DNA of 64,000 bases, taken from the IMG/VR virus record IMGVR_UViG_3300017971_000273. One strand, given 5' to 3'. Position 1 is the stretch's first letter. Every line of letters begins with the position of its first letter. This stretch comes from a virus. The translations under genes and the position numbers were made by a program. Below the pieces are notes generated by a model. That model was not told the DNA's origin. It was given only the letters and a program-made list of their open reading frames with translations, and did not search any database. Shown in pieces: positions 29,369 to 38,644 of this stretch.

Positions 29369-29667
29369 TGAAGTGGCTTGTGGGATTGGCGATATTTTTG
29401 CTCTGCATCTTCGATGCTGGGGCTACGGCATATGCAGTAGAACATCATATTGGAAAAGAAACGAATCCACTAATGCTGTGGTGCATAAATAGTTTCGGTA
29501 TTGACGGGTTTCTTTACATAAAGATTCTCCTTGCCTCCTTGGTATTGTTCCTGGTCGTTGGATTTTGGGAACGCTTTAAAGTAGCTAAGGTTGGGGGTAT
29601 TCTGGCGGCCGGTGTTTATTCAGCAGTGGCCGTTTATCATTTGGTTGGCCTAACAGGCATGTGTTAG
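29368..29667 (+). CDS. small multi-pass membrane protein (DUF5658-like)
   Basis: FDAGATAY...ETNPLM pattern, three TM segments. Confidence 0.6.
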   Translation: MKWLVGLAIFLLCIFDAGATAYAVEHHIGKETNPLMLWCINSFGIDGFLYIKILLASLVLFLVVGFWERFKVAKVGGILAAGVYSAVAVYHLVGLTGMC

Positions 29668-29677
29668 GAGGTAAAAA

Positions 29678-30301
29678 ATGGCCCCGGATTTTACGGTGGT
29701 TAGAGAGCCCTTTAATGATGTGCTTCAAGATAGAAGGTCCAGCATACTTTCTCTGCCCTCCATAGATAGGTTAATCATTGACACGACCAAAAATATGGAG
29801 GGATGTTGGATTGCAGGAGGGGCCGCGCTTGCTCTATACACGGGAGATTACAACCAGATTAAAGACTGGGATGTGTTCTTTAGTTCGCGAAAACGGTGGG
29901 GTGAAGCAAAGCAAATCTTTGAGAGCAAAGGGTTTGTTAAAACTACGGAGAGCGAGTGGAGCGTGACTTTTCAACTTGCCGGTGTTGATTTACAATTGGT
30001 TACGCGGCACTGGTATAGAGAAGTAGCTGATATTTTTAGGAAGTTTGACTTTACTGTGTGCTGTTTTGCCATAGACGGAGATGACTTCTGCTATATCATG
30101 GACGCAAAAAATGACGCCATGGCCAAGGAGTTTAACTTCATCTACACGGACAATCTATCCGTATGTATCAAACGAATAGCACGCTACGGAGCCAAGGGAT
30201 ATTATCCTTCGGGCCAATTCACTCTGGACATAGCGAAGGCTTTTAAGCGAGCCAAGTTAGATACGCTGTTTAAGAAATCTAAGGCTAAAAAGGACAGCTA
30301 A
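29678..30301 (+). CDS. nucleotidyltransferase-fold protein
   Basis: WIAGGA...KDWDVFF, DLQLV, FDFTVC, KRIARYGAKGY. Confidence 0.75.
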   Translation: MAPDFTVVREPFNDVLQDRRSSILSLPSIDRLIIDTTKNMEGCWIAGGAALALYTGDYNQIKDWDVFFSSRKRWGEAKQIFESKGFVKTTESEWSVTFQLAGVDLQLVTRHWYREVADIFRKFDFTVCCFAIDGDDFCYIMDAKNDAMAKEFNFIYTDNLSVCIKRIARYGAKGYYPSGQFTLDIAKAFKRAKLDTLFKKSKAKKDS

Positions 30302-30304
30302 TTA

Positions 30305-30817
30305 ATGTTTTGCGTTAAGATGATAATGAGCTTGATTGTAGCTACAAGCCCTTATCCCAATAGTCCAAATATCTATAAGATCTCCAAGAGGGTCTGTGCT
30401 TGGTCAGAAGTGAGGAAACTCGATCCTCATGATGTCTTAGCTTTGATAAGGCATGAGTCCAGTTTTAATCGCCGGTTGGTAAGCAAGACAGGTGATTATG
30501 GACTCATGCAAGTTAATAAGAAATATTCCAGAGCCAGATGCAACCTGCTAAAAATAGGATGCAATATTAAAGAGGGAACAAGGCAGATGGCCCTCTGGCG
30601 TTATGCCTGCCTAAATCAGCACAAGCATAGAAGATATAACCACTGGCTTAGGCATTACAATTGGAACAGCAGGAACCATCATTTACATATTTTGTGGGTC
30701 TCTAAGGCCTATAAATCTGGAAACCCCAAACTGCTAAAGATAATTAAGAATAGAGGATATACAAAATTCAGAATCAGTTATAGGTGTCTAAAGGAGGGAT
30801 ACTGTGGTGCTATTTAG
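30305..30817 (+). CDS. lytic transglycosylase (SLT) domain protein
   Basis: LALIRHESSFN (catalytic Glu), DYGLMQVN. Confidence 0.8.
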   Translation: MFCVKMIMSLIVATSPYPNSPNIYKISKRVCAWSEVRKLDPHDVLALIRHESSFNRRLVSKTGDYGLMQVNKKYSRARCNLLKIGCNIKEGTRQMALWRYACLNQHKHRRYNHWLRHYNWNSRNHHLHILWVSKAYKSGNPKLLKIIKNRGYTKFRISYRCLKEGYCGAI

Positions 30818-31403
30818 AACGTTGCTAGTTGGTCTTGCGCTCTTGCTTGTTCCCACGCACGCTGTCGGAAAAGATAGGTGCAAGAAGGTTGTTGTTTTGA
30901 GGGTGGATAATAAGCTTACCAAGAAGCAGCAGAATATTGTATATGCGGCAGCAAAGGTCTGGTATAAGCTTTCGAAAAGACAAGTTTGCTTTATTATTGG
31001 AGAAACCCCGCTCAATAAAGATGAGAAGACTAACTGGAGATATGATGGAGTCTCGACCATTTATAGCGGGAAATACAAATGGCAGAGGGCAGTCGCTAAA
31101 CGAGAAGGCTGCACGCACAAAGGCAAACAGCCATGTGTGGCCATTACAATAATGGGAAGACCCAAGGGGATAGGCGGAGATATATTCGTTGTCCGTCCGC
31201 ATAAATTCTATGCTTTGATGACCCATGAGATTGGACACATACTCGGGCTGCCCCACTCGCCAAATAAGAAAGACATTATGTATAAGTTGATTAGAAGTGG
31301 ACATGTAGTGCCAACCCACAATGATGAAAAAGCCGTCGGGTGCTTAATAAGGAACAACAAAGTGACGGTGTGGAATAACAACTGTTTTTACGAAAAGGAG
31401 TAA
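30804..31403 (+). CDS. secreted matrixin-family (metzincin) metalloprotease
   Basis: signal peptide; HEIGHILGLPH; IMY Met-turn. Confidence 0.85.
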   Translation: MVLFRTLLVGLALLLVPTHAVGKDRCKKVVVLRVDNKLTKKQQNIVYAAAKVWYKLSKRQVCFIIGETPLNKDEKTNWRYDGVSTIYSGKYKWQRAVAKREGCTHKGKQPCVAITIMGRPKGIGGDIFVVRPHKFYALMTHEIGHILGLPHSPNKKDIMYKLIRSGHVVPTHNDEKAVGCLIRNNKVTVWNNNCFYEKE

Positions 31404-31406
31404 AGT

Positions 31407-33749
31407 ATGAAAGCGACTCTACCTATTTTGCCCATTCGAGACCCCGACCTGGTGGTTTTTCCTGGAAACTTTTGCGAGGTGGAAGTTGGCCGAGAGTTCT
31501 CTGTAAACGCCATAAATGTGGCCAAGAATAACGAGATTAACATCATTGTAGGTTTGCAGACAGACAAAGATGTTGATGAGCCAGTGGCCAAAGACTTTCT
31601 CGGTCAATGCACGGAGGCAGAGATTAAAAGTGTGTTGAAAGCAGGCGCAAAAGATGAGCCACATCTTAGAGTCATTCTCGTTGGTGTTAGGCGGGCCCAT
31701 CTCAAAATTGTTGGGCTTACAGAAGGAGAAGAGCAGTATCTCCAGGGTGAGATTGAATATGTGCAAGAAGAAGAGGTTGAGATCACCGATGATATCAAGG
31801 AGCAGGTGAAGGTTCTTTACGATACGATCTCTGAGCACCTACCTAGTATTGCTCTCAAGAAGAAAGAAACTCCCAAAAACAGCCAAGATCTTGCGGCTTT
31901 TTTGGACGACATCGCTGGTCAGCTACAGGTTGATAAACAGGGAATCGTTTCGCGAGAGAAACTCCTTGATCTTCTGCATATACCAAGCCCAGCGGAAAGA
32001 CTGAAAAGACTTGTTGCGATGGTCACGGAGTTGTCCAAAAATACTGAAGTTTTGATTTCAAATGACCCACAACAGCAGGGCGAAGATCCCATGCAGGCTG
32101 AAATTAGGCGGCTGGCCGAGAAGCTCCAGAAGTCCGGAATGCCTGAAGAAAACATGAAGATTGCACAGCAGGAAATGAGGCGGCTCTCTATGACCCCTCC
32201 TAATGGCGCAGAGTTCCAAGTTATGTTTAATTACTTGGAAACGTTGGCTTCTTTGCCGTGGGGCAAGAGCACTGAAGACAGCTTGGATATTGAGAAGGGC
32301 AAAGAGATTCTGGACAGAGATCACTTTGGTCTTAAGAAACCAAAAGAAAGAATCCTGGAGTTTCTTGCGGTTAAGAAGCTTGCTCCAGAGAGAAAGGGCT
32401 CGATTCTTTGCTTTATTGGCCCTCCTGGAACAGGTAAAACGAGCCTTGGCAAGAGCATCGCAGAAGCTATGGGACGTGAGTTTATCCGCACTTCGCTTGG
32501 TGGTGTCCATGATGAGGCAGAGATTCGTGGCCACAGAAGAACCTATGTTGGCGCGATGCCAGGTAGGATTATCCAGCTCATCAAGAAGGTTGGTGTTAAT
32601 AATCCGGTGTTCATGTTGGACGAGTTGGATAAGTTGGGCAGAGACTTCAGAGGCGATCCTGGTTCGGCACTGTTGGAGGTTCTTGACCCGGAGCAGAATC
32701 ACTCTTTCAACGATAATTACCTCGGCATGTCTTTTGACTTGTCGAATGTGTTCTTCATTGCTACAATTAATACCAGGGGCAACATCCAGCCCGCTCTGTT
32801 AGACAGGATGGAGATTATCAAGCTGCCTGGTTATTCCCCGCATGATAAGCTACAGATTGCCAAGAAGCACTTGATTCCCAAGCAGAAAGAGGAGAAGGGG
32901 CTCAAGGATCATGAGATTGCTTTCTCCAAGAATGCAATCAACAAAATCATCGAGGAATATACGAGTGAAGCTGGTGTTAGATCCCTCGAAAGAGAGTGCG
33001 GCAGTGTTTTCAGGAAGGTTGCTGTTCAGGTTGCCTCTAAGAAGAAGCCGCCCGCCATTATAAAGACCGACATGATTCACAAGTATCTGGGGCCAAGTAA
33101 GATCTTTACTCAGCAGGCGATTGAGGAGCCCTCTGTTGGTGTTGCTACTGGACTCGCTTGGGCGGTTAGTGGGGGCTCACTGCTGTTTGTGGAATCTGCG
33201 TTGGTCAAAGGCAAGGGCAAAATTGTTCTGACAGGCAATCTTGGCAAGGTTCTTAAAGAATCTGCGTCAGCAGCCTATACTTGGATTAGGTCCAACGCTG
33301 ACAAGTTTGGTCTTAGCCCTGAAAAGTTCGCTGAGAATAATGTCCACATTCACTTTCCAGCTGGAGCGACACCTAAGGATGGCCCGAGCGCTGGAATCGC
33401 CATTGCTGCATCAATCTTATCTGCCCTCACGGACAGGCCAATTAGAAATGATGTTGGAATGACTGGTGAGATTTCTTTGCGCGGGAGAGTCCTCCCTATT
33501 GGTGGCCTTCTGGAGAAGACTCTTGCGGCTCACAGAGCCAGCCTTAGTGAAGTTGTGTTCCCCATAAGAAACAAGTGCGACCTGGAGGAGGTTCCTAACG
33601 ATGTGAAGAATAGCATCAAACTAACGCCTGTATCCAACTTGGAAGAGGCGCTGGATATAATTATGATGGGCACCAATGGCAGCGTGGATAAGAAGCCCAT
33701 GGGGAAAGTGAACTCCGGTGAGGAGTCGCTTATCAATTTGGAAGGTTAA
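31407..33749 (+). CDS. lon: ATP-dependent Lon protease
   Basis: N-terminal LON domain, GPPGTGKT, HRRTYVGAMPG, LDELDK, PKDGPSAG (Ser), GGLLEK (Lys). Confidence 0.97.
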   Translation: MKATLPILPIRDPDLVVFPGNFCEVEVGREFSVNAINVAKNNEINIIVGLQTDKDVDEPVAKDFLGQCTEAEIKSVLKAGAKDEPHLRVILVGVRRAHLKIVGLTEGEEQYLQGEIEYVQEEEVEITDDIKEQVKVLYDTISEHLPSIALKKKETPKNSQDLAAFLDDIAGQLQVDKQGIVSREKLLDLLHIPSPAERLKRLVAMVTELSKNTEVLISNDPQQQGEDPMQAEIRRLAEKLQKSGMPEENMKIAQQEMRRLSMTPPNGAEFQVMFNYLETLASLPWGKSTEDSLDIEKGKEILDRDHFGLKKPKERILEFLAVKKLAPERKGSILCFIGPPGTGKTSLGKSIAEAMGREFIRTSLGGVHDEAEIRGHRRTYVGAMPGRIIQLIKKVGVNNPVFMLDELDKLGRDFRGDPGSALLEVLDPEQNHSFNDNYLGMSFDLSNVFFIATINTRGNIQPALLDRMEIIKLPGYSPHDKLQIAKKHLIPKQKEEKGLKDHEIAFSKNAINKIIEEYTSEAGVRSLERECGSVFRKVAVQVASKKKPPAIIKTDMIHKYLGPSKIFTQQAIEEPSVGVATGLAWAVSGGSLLFVESALVKGKGKIVLTGNLGKVLKESASAAYTWIRSNADKFGLSPEKFAENNVHIHFPAGATPKDGPSAGIAIAASILSALTDRPIRNDVGMTGEISLRGRVLPIGGLLEKTLAAHRASLSEVVFPIRNKCDLEEVPNDVKNSIKLTPVSNLEEALDIIMMGTNGSVDKKPMGKVNSGEESLINLEG

Positions 33750-33830
33750 AAATTGCGCGTGTGGAGCGGGATATTTGATTTTTTTCGCTCTTTCCGAGTG
33801 AAACCTTTATCTATATCAACGGAGTGAATA

Positions 33831-34073
33831 ATGGTAAAAAAGCGTGACGGCCCTCCCAGGCAGAGGAAAAAAGAAAGGGAGAAGGAAAAAGTGGAAATGA
33901 AGTGTCCCCATTGTGGAAACAGGATGAGATTTCGCGGGCCTGGCGATTCTGCCGGGGGAATATTTTGGAAATGTAGAAGTAAGAAGTGTGGCAGGACGGT
34001 GTGGAAAAGGGTGGATCGACCCAAGGAGGTCATCCCAGTAGTTTATGAAAAGAAAGTGCAGAGACGCGTATGA
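33831..34073 (+). CDS. basic zinc-ribbon protein
   Basis: KCPHCG...WKCRSKKC. Confidence 0.6.
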   Translation: MVKKRDGPPRQRKKEREKEKVEMKCPHCGNRMRFRGPGDSAGGIFWKCRSKKCGRTVWKRVDRPKEVIPVVYEKKVQRRV

Positions 34074-34390
34074 ACGAACTAGATGATATTTCAAGGAAGC
34101 TTTCAGACCAATTGGAGGAATTTGAGAAAAGTGCCCTGAATACAACGGATAGGCTAAGAGATGTAGAGGTGTATATCAGTACGAGGCTCCAGAAGGCCAG
34201 AGATTTACTTCCCGCAATGAAGAAATCTGACAACTGGATGGCCAGGCTTTCGCGAGTTATTGATATTCTTGAGGAGATACAGACGATACTGGACAAGATG
34301 GAGGATGTGGAGGCTGCCGTTGAACCGGCTGACGAAATCCTCATGGATATGGAGAAGTTTACAGATGAGCTTGCAATCTCAAATATCTAA
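34070..34390 (+). CDS. helical hypothetical protein
   Basis: coupled ORF, coiled-coil-like. Confidence 0.6.
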   Translation: MNELDDISRKLSDQLEEFEKSALNTTDRLRDVEVYISTRLQKARDLLPAMKKSDNWMARLSRVIDILEEIQTILDKMEDVEAAVEPADEILMDMEKFTDELAISNI

Positions 34391-34837
34391 AGTGCTCCGG
34401 AAGATATTTTTGATCCTGGCGGTGATATTTATGATCGGGAGTGCTGTCACGTATCTTGTCGCTCCAGTGCCACACTTCGCTGTGCTCTGTATCATGGGTG
34501 CCTTCTGGTGTTGGTTCGGATATTACTGGAACGGCAAGTTTGTTGAGGATCATGATGGAAAGGTTTAAAGGATTGAGCGATGTGACTCAATTGTTCATCG
34601 ACCATTTTATAAGAATTGCGGGTCTCACGAAAGATTCCCCAGTTCCATTTGGGACGTTGTTCATTAGTTTCATGCTTGCTTCGAAAGTAATTGCGCAGAC
34701 ATTTGTAAAGTCGGGGCTCATTACTGAGGAGCAGTTAGTCAAGCTCAATGAAGAATTAGATGGTGTAGTGAAAACTGCTTCATGCAAGGAGCAGGTTGAT
34801 CAAGTGATCGAAGCAATAAAGAGAGAGGAGAAAGAAG

Positions 34838-35182
34838 ATGTCGGATCAGGATCAAGTAAGGACGAGTAATCACACTTATATTATTTATGCGACTCGCAAG
34901 ACCTCGCAGTTTGACCAGACGAAGCAGGAGATGCGAGTCAAGGTTCTTGAGGCTCATAGAGACCACCTGCTTGTTGAGTCTCTCAAGCGGTATAACGTGA
35001 AGTATGCTGGTGCGAACAGGGCAACTAATGGTAGGCTTGCCGGTATTCCTGTGCGCAGAATTAACAAGGATCAAGCCCTAGTAATTATCGATGAAACCAC
35101 TGGCCAGTGGCTTGATTGGGAAACTGTCCGTAGGCGAGAGGGAACTTCTCGCTCTCCCGGCAGAGACAGAGGCGGAAAGTAA
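34838..35182 (+). CDS. hypothetical protein
   Basis: GGAG SD, 114 aa. Confidence 0.65.
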   Translation: MSDQDQVRTSNHTYIIYATRKTSQFDQTKQEMRVKVLEAHRDHLLVESLKRYNVKYAGANRATNGRLAGIPVRRINKDQALVIIDETTGQWLDWETVRRREGTSRSPGRDRGGK

Positions 35183-35246
35183 AGAGAGGAGGTGAGAAGT
35201 TTTTGTCTATGGATATGTATTTTTTTGAGTTTAAAAAGGAGGAAAC

Positions 35247-35579
35247 ATGATTAGACTCAGTGAAGCCGAAGAGCTACTCGGTAGACTCTTTGCAGAGTAT
35301 GAAAACCGCGTCGTGGTTACTGTCGGTGCGGTGCCGACTCAGGAAAATGAGTGGGCGGATGAGGAAGAGGTGTATCTTGCTCGCATTAATCTCGATGGTG
35401 AGATTCGTGGTGCGATCAGTTACGAGAGTATTGAGGATGCACTCAACCAGGCTATTAGCATGGTTCTCGACGGCGGGTATGGTCCTGTCGATATTCGGCA
35501 CATCGAGAATTTTAAGGATGCCCTGGATGAGATGGGATTTGACCGTGCCGTTGCTCTACTTGAGCGTCTTGAAGGCTAA
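35247..35579 (+). CDS. acidic hypothetical protein upstream of the Ubl gene
   Basis: AAGGAGG SD, 110 aa. Confidence 0.75.
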   Translation: MIRLSEAEELLGRLFAEYENRVVVTVGAVPTQENEWADEEEVYLARINLDGEIRGAISYESIEDALNQAISMVLDGGYGPVDIRHIENFKDALDEMGFDRAVALLERLEG

Positions 35580-35590
35580 AGGAGGAAGAA

Positions 35591-35773
35591 ATGTCTGAAG
35601 AATTCACTATTTACCGTTTCATGGATGAAGAGATCAAGGCTCCTGCTGATATGAGTGTTGATGAGGTTAGGGCTGTTTGGGAAGACTGCCACGCGGCCAT
35701 CGCCAATGCGGAAGTTGTCGAGAATCCCGACGGCAGCTACACCTTTGCACTTCGTGCTGGTTCCAAGGGGTAA
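35591..35773 (+). CDS. ubiquitin-like protein (Prok_Ub / PRTRC protein C-like)
   Basis: AAGGAGG SD; YRF...SVDEVR...IANA...YTFALRAGSKG matches the PRTRC-C C-terminus (YTF..xGxKG); terminal Gly. Confidence 0.75.
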   Translation: MSEEFTIYRFMDEEIKAPADMSVDEVRAVWEDCHAAIANAEVVENPDGSYTFALRAGSKG

Positions 35774-35779
35774 AAACTA

Positions 35780-35809
35780 GGCCCGCCTGGGGTCGCTCCC
35801 AGGCGGGCC
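35780..35809 (+). other. perfect 12-bp GC-rich hairpin without a U-tract, just after the Ubl stop
   Basis: GGCCCGCCTGGG-GTCGCT-CCCAGGCGGGCC. Confidence 0.8.
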
Positions 35810-35825
35810 ACTACGAGGTTTCAAT

Positions 35826-36080
35826 ATGAATCCAAAACAGATATTTGATAATTGTGATGAGCTAAGAGAGTTTAATGCGGATTGTAAAGAGCTGCTTGAT
35901 AAACTCATGGCCATTAAAACGCCCATGAGCTTTGATGATGACTTTGCAACTGACGCAGAACTCCAAGCTTTAGAGGATGAGCTTGATAGGATGGCTGCGC
36001 AGATTCCGCAAGCCGTTAATATCAAGCAAATAATTTTGAACTTGCCAGCGGTTAGGGCAACTAAGATTAACTTTATTTAA
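35826..36080 (+). CDS. hypothetical protein, in frame with the next ORF across one TAA
   Basis: GAGG SD; TAA 36078-36080 followed in frame by GGC GTG. Confidence 0.55.
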   Translation: MNPKQIFDNCDELREFNADCKELLDKLMAIKTPMSFDDDFATDAELQALEDELDRMAAQIPQAVNIKQIILNLPAVRATKINFI

Positions 36081-36083
36081 GGC

Positions 36084-36911
36084 GTGAGGGATATGTTTTC
36101 GTTTAGACAGCAATACATGCAGATAGATTTTCTGCGCCTTTTTAGGTTGTGTCGTTCTTTGGGTGTAGCAAAGCGTAAAAGAAAAATGCCCACGGAATAT
36201 GATGGCGACAATACGGCCACCGCTGCTGGAAGAAGGCTTTTAAAATCTCTCTTAGAAAAACACCTGTTTGTCGGTTCCAAAGTCCAGACTCAATATGAGA
36301 GTCTCCGCGTAAATATTTCGCGCGATGATAGGCAAATGCTCAATACAATCAATACCCTGACGTATGACACTCGCCTAAGGCAAGCATGTGGAGATATGGG
36401 AGCAAATGCGGTTGAGAAATATAATCAGCTCGCAACTGGAACCTCTTATGTAGCTCCTTATCTTCCATATGAAATAAAGGTATGTGCTATTAACCGATCC
36501 AACACAATGGGTGGATACAGACCCAGCGAGAAGTTTTATGAGTGTGCGCTAGATTGTATTGAATTCAAAGAGTTGTGGGACACTAATATACAATCGTTGC
36601 GCGACTTCTATGATTTTTTCCAGACAAAACGGGATGAAATAGAGGCTGAGCAAAGAAGGCAGCGTGAAGAACAAAGGCGTGCAGGAGAGGAAGCAAGGTA
36701 CAGGGCCGACAGAGAGTTGGCGGCGCAAAGAGCAGCCCGAGATGCAGAAGCAGCGGAAGCCAATAGAATAGAAGAGGAGAGACGAGCGGCTGTTGCCGCA
36801 CAGGTCTCTGCGGAAGCTGATAGAAGAAGAGAGAATGCACAGAACAGATTTGAGCAAGCCCTTAGCAGATTCAGAGGAAATAGGTCTGCTGGAGGTGGAG
36901 GAGGAGCTTAA
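36084..36911 (+). CDS. hypothetical protein with long C-terminal charged coiled coil, inside the Ubl cassette
   Basis: E/R/A-rich tail; start uncertain. Confidence 0.7.
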   Translation: MRDMFSFRQQYMQIDFLRLFRLCRSLGVAKRKRKMPTEYDGDNTATAAGRRLLKSLLEKHLFVGSKVQTQYESLRVNISRDDRQMLNTINTLTYDTRLRQACGDMGANAVEKYNQLATGTSYVAPYLPYEIKVCAINRSNTMGGYRPSEKFYECALDCIEFKELWDTNIQSLRDFYDFFQTKRDEIEAEQRRQREEQRRAGEEARYRADRELAAQRAARDAEAAEANRIEEERRAAVAAQVSAEADRRRENAQNRFEQALSRFRGNRSAGGGGGA

Positions 36912-37603
36912 TGGATGCTGGAAGTTATGACCTGACTGCGAGAATATCTTCAAACTCCTCGGAGGTGCAGGTTAGTTTAATTGGTCCTGATGGGACAGTG
37001 GGTCAGAAGACTATATCTGTCGATGATTTAATAACACAACTCGCAAGTTCTCATCGCATATCTACTGACATTTTGCCGCGAGGGACAAGGTTCTATAAAG
37101 GAAGCCCCTCGGATTATTACATAGGTGTGGAATTGATTCCAAAGAAGCGTCCATTACAGATAGACAATGTTGAAGATGGCGTTAGAAAGTTTTTGCCAGT
37201 TCCAAGAAGCTTGTTTGTGATGCACATTAAAAACAACCGGTCCTTTAACACTTGGCTTTTCTGCCTTGCTGCGCCACTTAATAATTGGTCAGAGTCGTTA
37301 TATGGTTTCCCATATGGTAATGTATATGAGGATGGTAGAATTTGCTGGGGTGATGCACGTTTGGGCAACATCACAAAACCCATGGATCTGATCGGCGCCC
37401 TTGCTATGTTCTTTGATTCTGGGTTTAATGGGGATTTGATTAATGAGGGCGCTTTTGTCCACCCGACAGTGGGCCCCGGAGAAGACCCCGTAGACAACTT
37501 GTGGGGCTTGGTTAAGTATGTAGAGAATATGGAAGAGTTTCCTGAGGATTTAATGTACAAGAAGGGCTATACGTTGGCCCAAGTTATTGAAGGGAGTAGC
37601 TAA
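36911..37603 (+). CDS. prokaryotic E2 family D protein (PRTRC protein B-like)
   Basis: GGAGGAG SD; FPYGNVYEDGRICWG with putative catalytic Cys; FFDSGFNGDL. Confidence 0.8.
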   Translation: MDAGSYDLTARISSNSSEVQVSLIGPDGTVGQKTISVDDLITQLASSHRISTDILPRGTRFYKGSPSDYYIGVELIPKKRPLQIDNVEDGVRKFLPVPRSLFVMHIKNNRSFNTWLFCLAAPLNNWSESLYGFPYGNVYEDGRICWGDARLGNITKPMDLIGALAMFFDSGFNGDLINEGAFVHPTVGPGEDPVDNLWGLVKYVENMEEFPEDLMYKKGYTLAQVIEGSS

Positions 37604-38643
37604 TGAGCGTGTGGGGAAGTTATAAGAAGCCGAAGCCAAAGGTGGACAAGGACAAGAGACTGGCTCTCCAGAAGATGATGGTTGGCCACTACGTAGAAAG
37701 CATCCCAGAAGACTGCAAGAAGAAGATCACATATGTTCTTCAGGGTGATGGTCTTTGGGAGCGCAGGATTAATAGGCTTGGGACTTTTGATTCGAGAATT
37801 GCCAAGGTGGCCGTCCCTGGTCTGGATGAAACCATGGTTAGTGGTTGGGAGCTTAATGTTCCAAAGATTCCCATCAATCTTTTGGGGACTACTGTGGCCT
37901 TCTTCCGTCGCATCTATAGGAAACACTCAAGCGAAGTGTTCTTACAGTTCTACTACGATCAAAAAGAAGAGAAATATATTCTTCACTGCCCTAAGCAGGT
38001 GGTTAGTGGGGCGTCTGTAAATTACAAGAATGACCCCGAATATGATTCAAAGATTCTTGTCTTTGAGATTCATAGCCACGGTAACATGGGCGCTTCATTC
38101 TCTATGGTTGATGATGCAGATGAGAAGTCTGATCGTTTCTATGGAGTGATTGGAAGCATCACTGATTTCTTCCCAGACATGGTGTTGCGCTTGGTGGTAG
38201 GTGGTAGAGAGTATGAAGTAGATGTTGAAGATTTGTTCGAGATGGACGATGAGCTTTATCACGCCGAAAATTTCCCGAGCGATTGGGTCGATAGAATAAA
38301 GAAGAAAAAGCCGAAGAAGACCAAAAGAACCAGGGGCAAGGGCGGCAACCAAGCGTACACTTTTCCCGGCGGCGGTTGGCCCGGCAGACAGATTTCGATG
38401 TTTGGTTCTGGTGCAGAGATAGATGAAATCGATGATGTAGCTAAACTCTTTGATGATGAGCATCTTGGCCACAGCATGCATTATCTACCCGATGACGATG
38501 ATGACGATGATGAGGATGAGGGGTTTTATGTCAGAGAGGATGATAAGCTCTGGTTTGTAAAGGATGGCGAGAAGCAGTGGTATGTGGAGCGTGGCCAGCG
38601 CGTTGAAGCCGAGCCAACTGATCATAGAGGAAAGAAGTTCTAA
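37603..38643 (+). CDS. JAB/MPN metallopeptidase (PRTRC protein A-like) with acidic C-terminal extension
   Basis: SEVFLQFYYD, PKQVVSGASVNY, EIHSHGNMGASFSMVDDADE (HxH...S..D). Confidence 0.85.
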   Translation: MSVWGSYKKPKPKVDKDKRLALQKMMVGHYVESIPEDCKKKITYVLQGDGLWERRINRLGTFDSRIAKVAVPGLDETMVSGWELNVPKIPINLLGTTVAFFRRIYRKHSSEVFLQFYYDQKEEKYILHCPKQVVSGASVNYKNDPEYDSKILVFEIHSHGNMGASFSMVDDADEKSDRFYGVIGSITDFFPDMVLRLVVGGREYEVDVEDLFEMDDELYHAENFPSDWVDRIKKKKPKKTKRTRGKGGNQAYTFPGGGWPGRQISMFGSGAEIDEIDDVAKLFDDEHLGHSMHYLPDDDDDDDEDEGFYVREDDKLWFVKDGEKQWYVERGQRVEAEPTDHRGKKF

Positions 38644-38644
38644 A

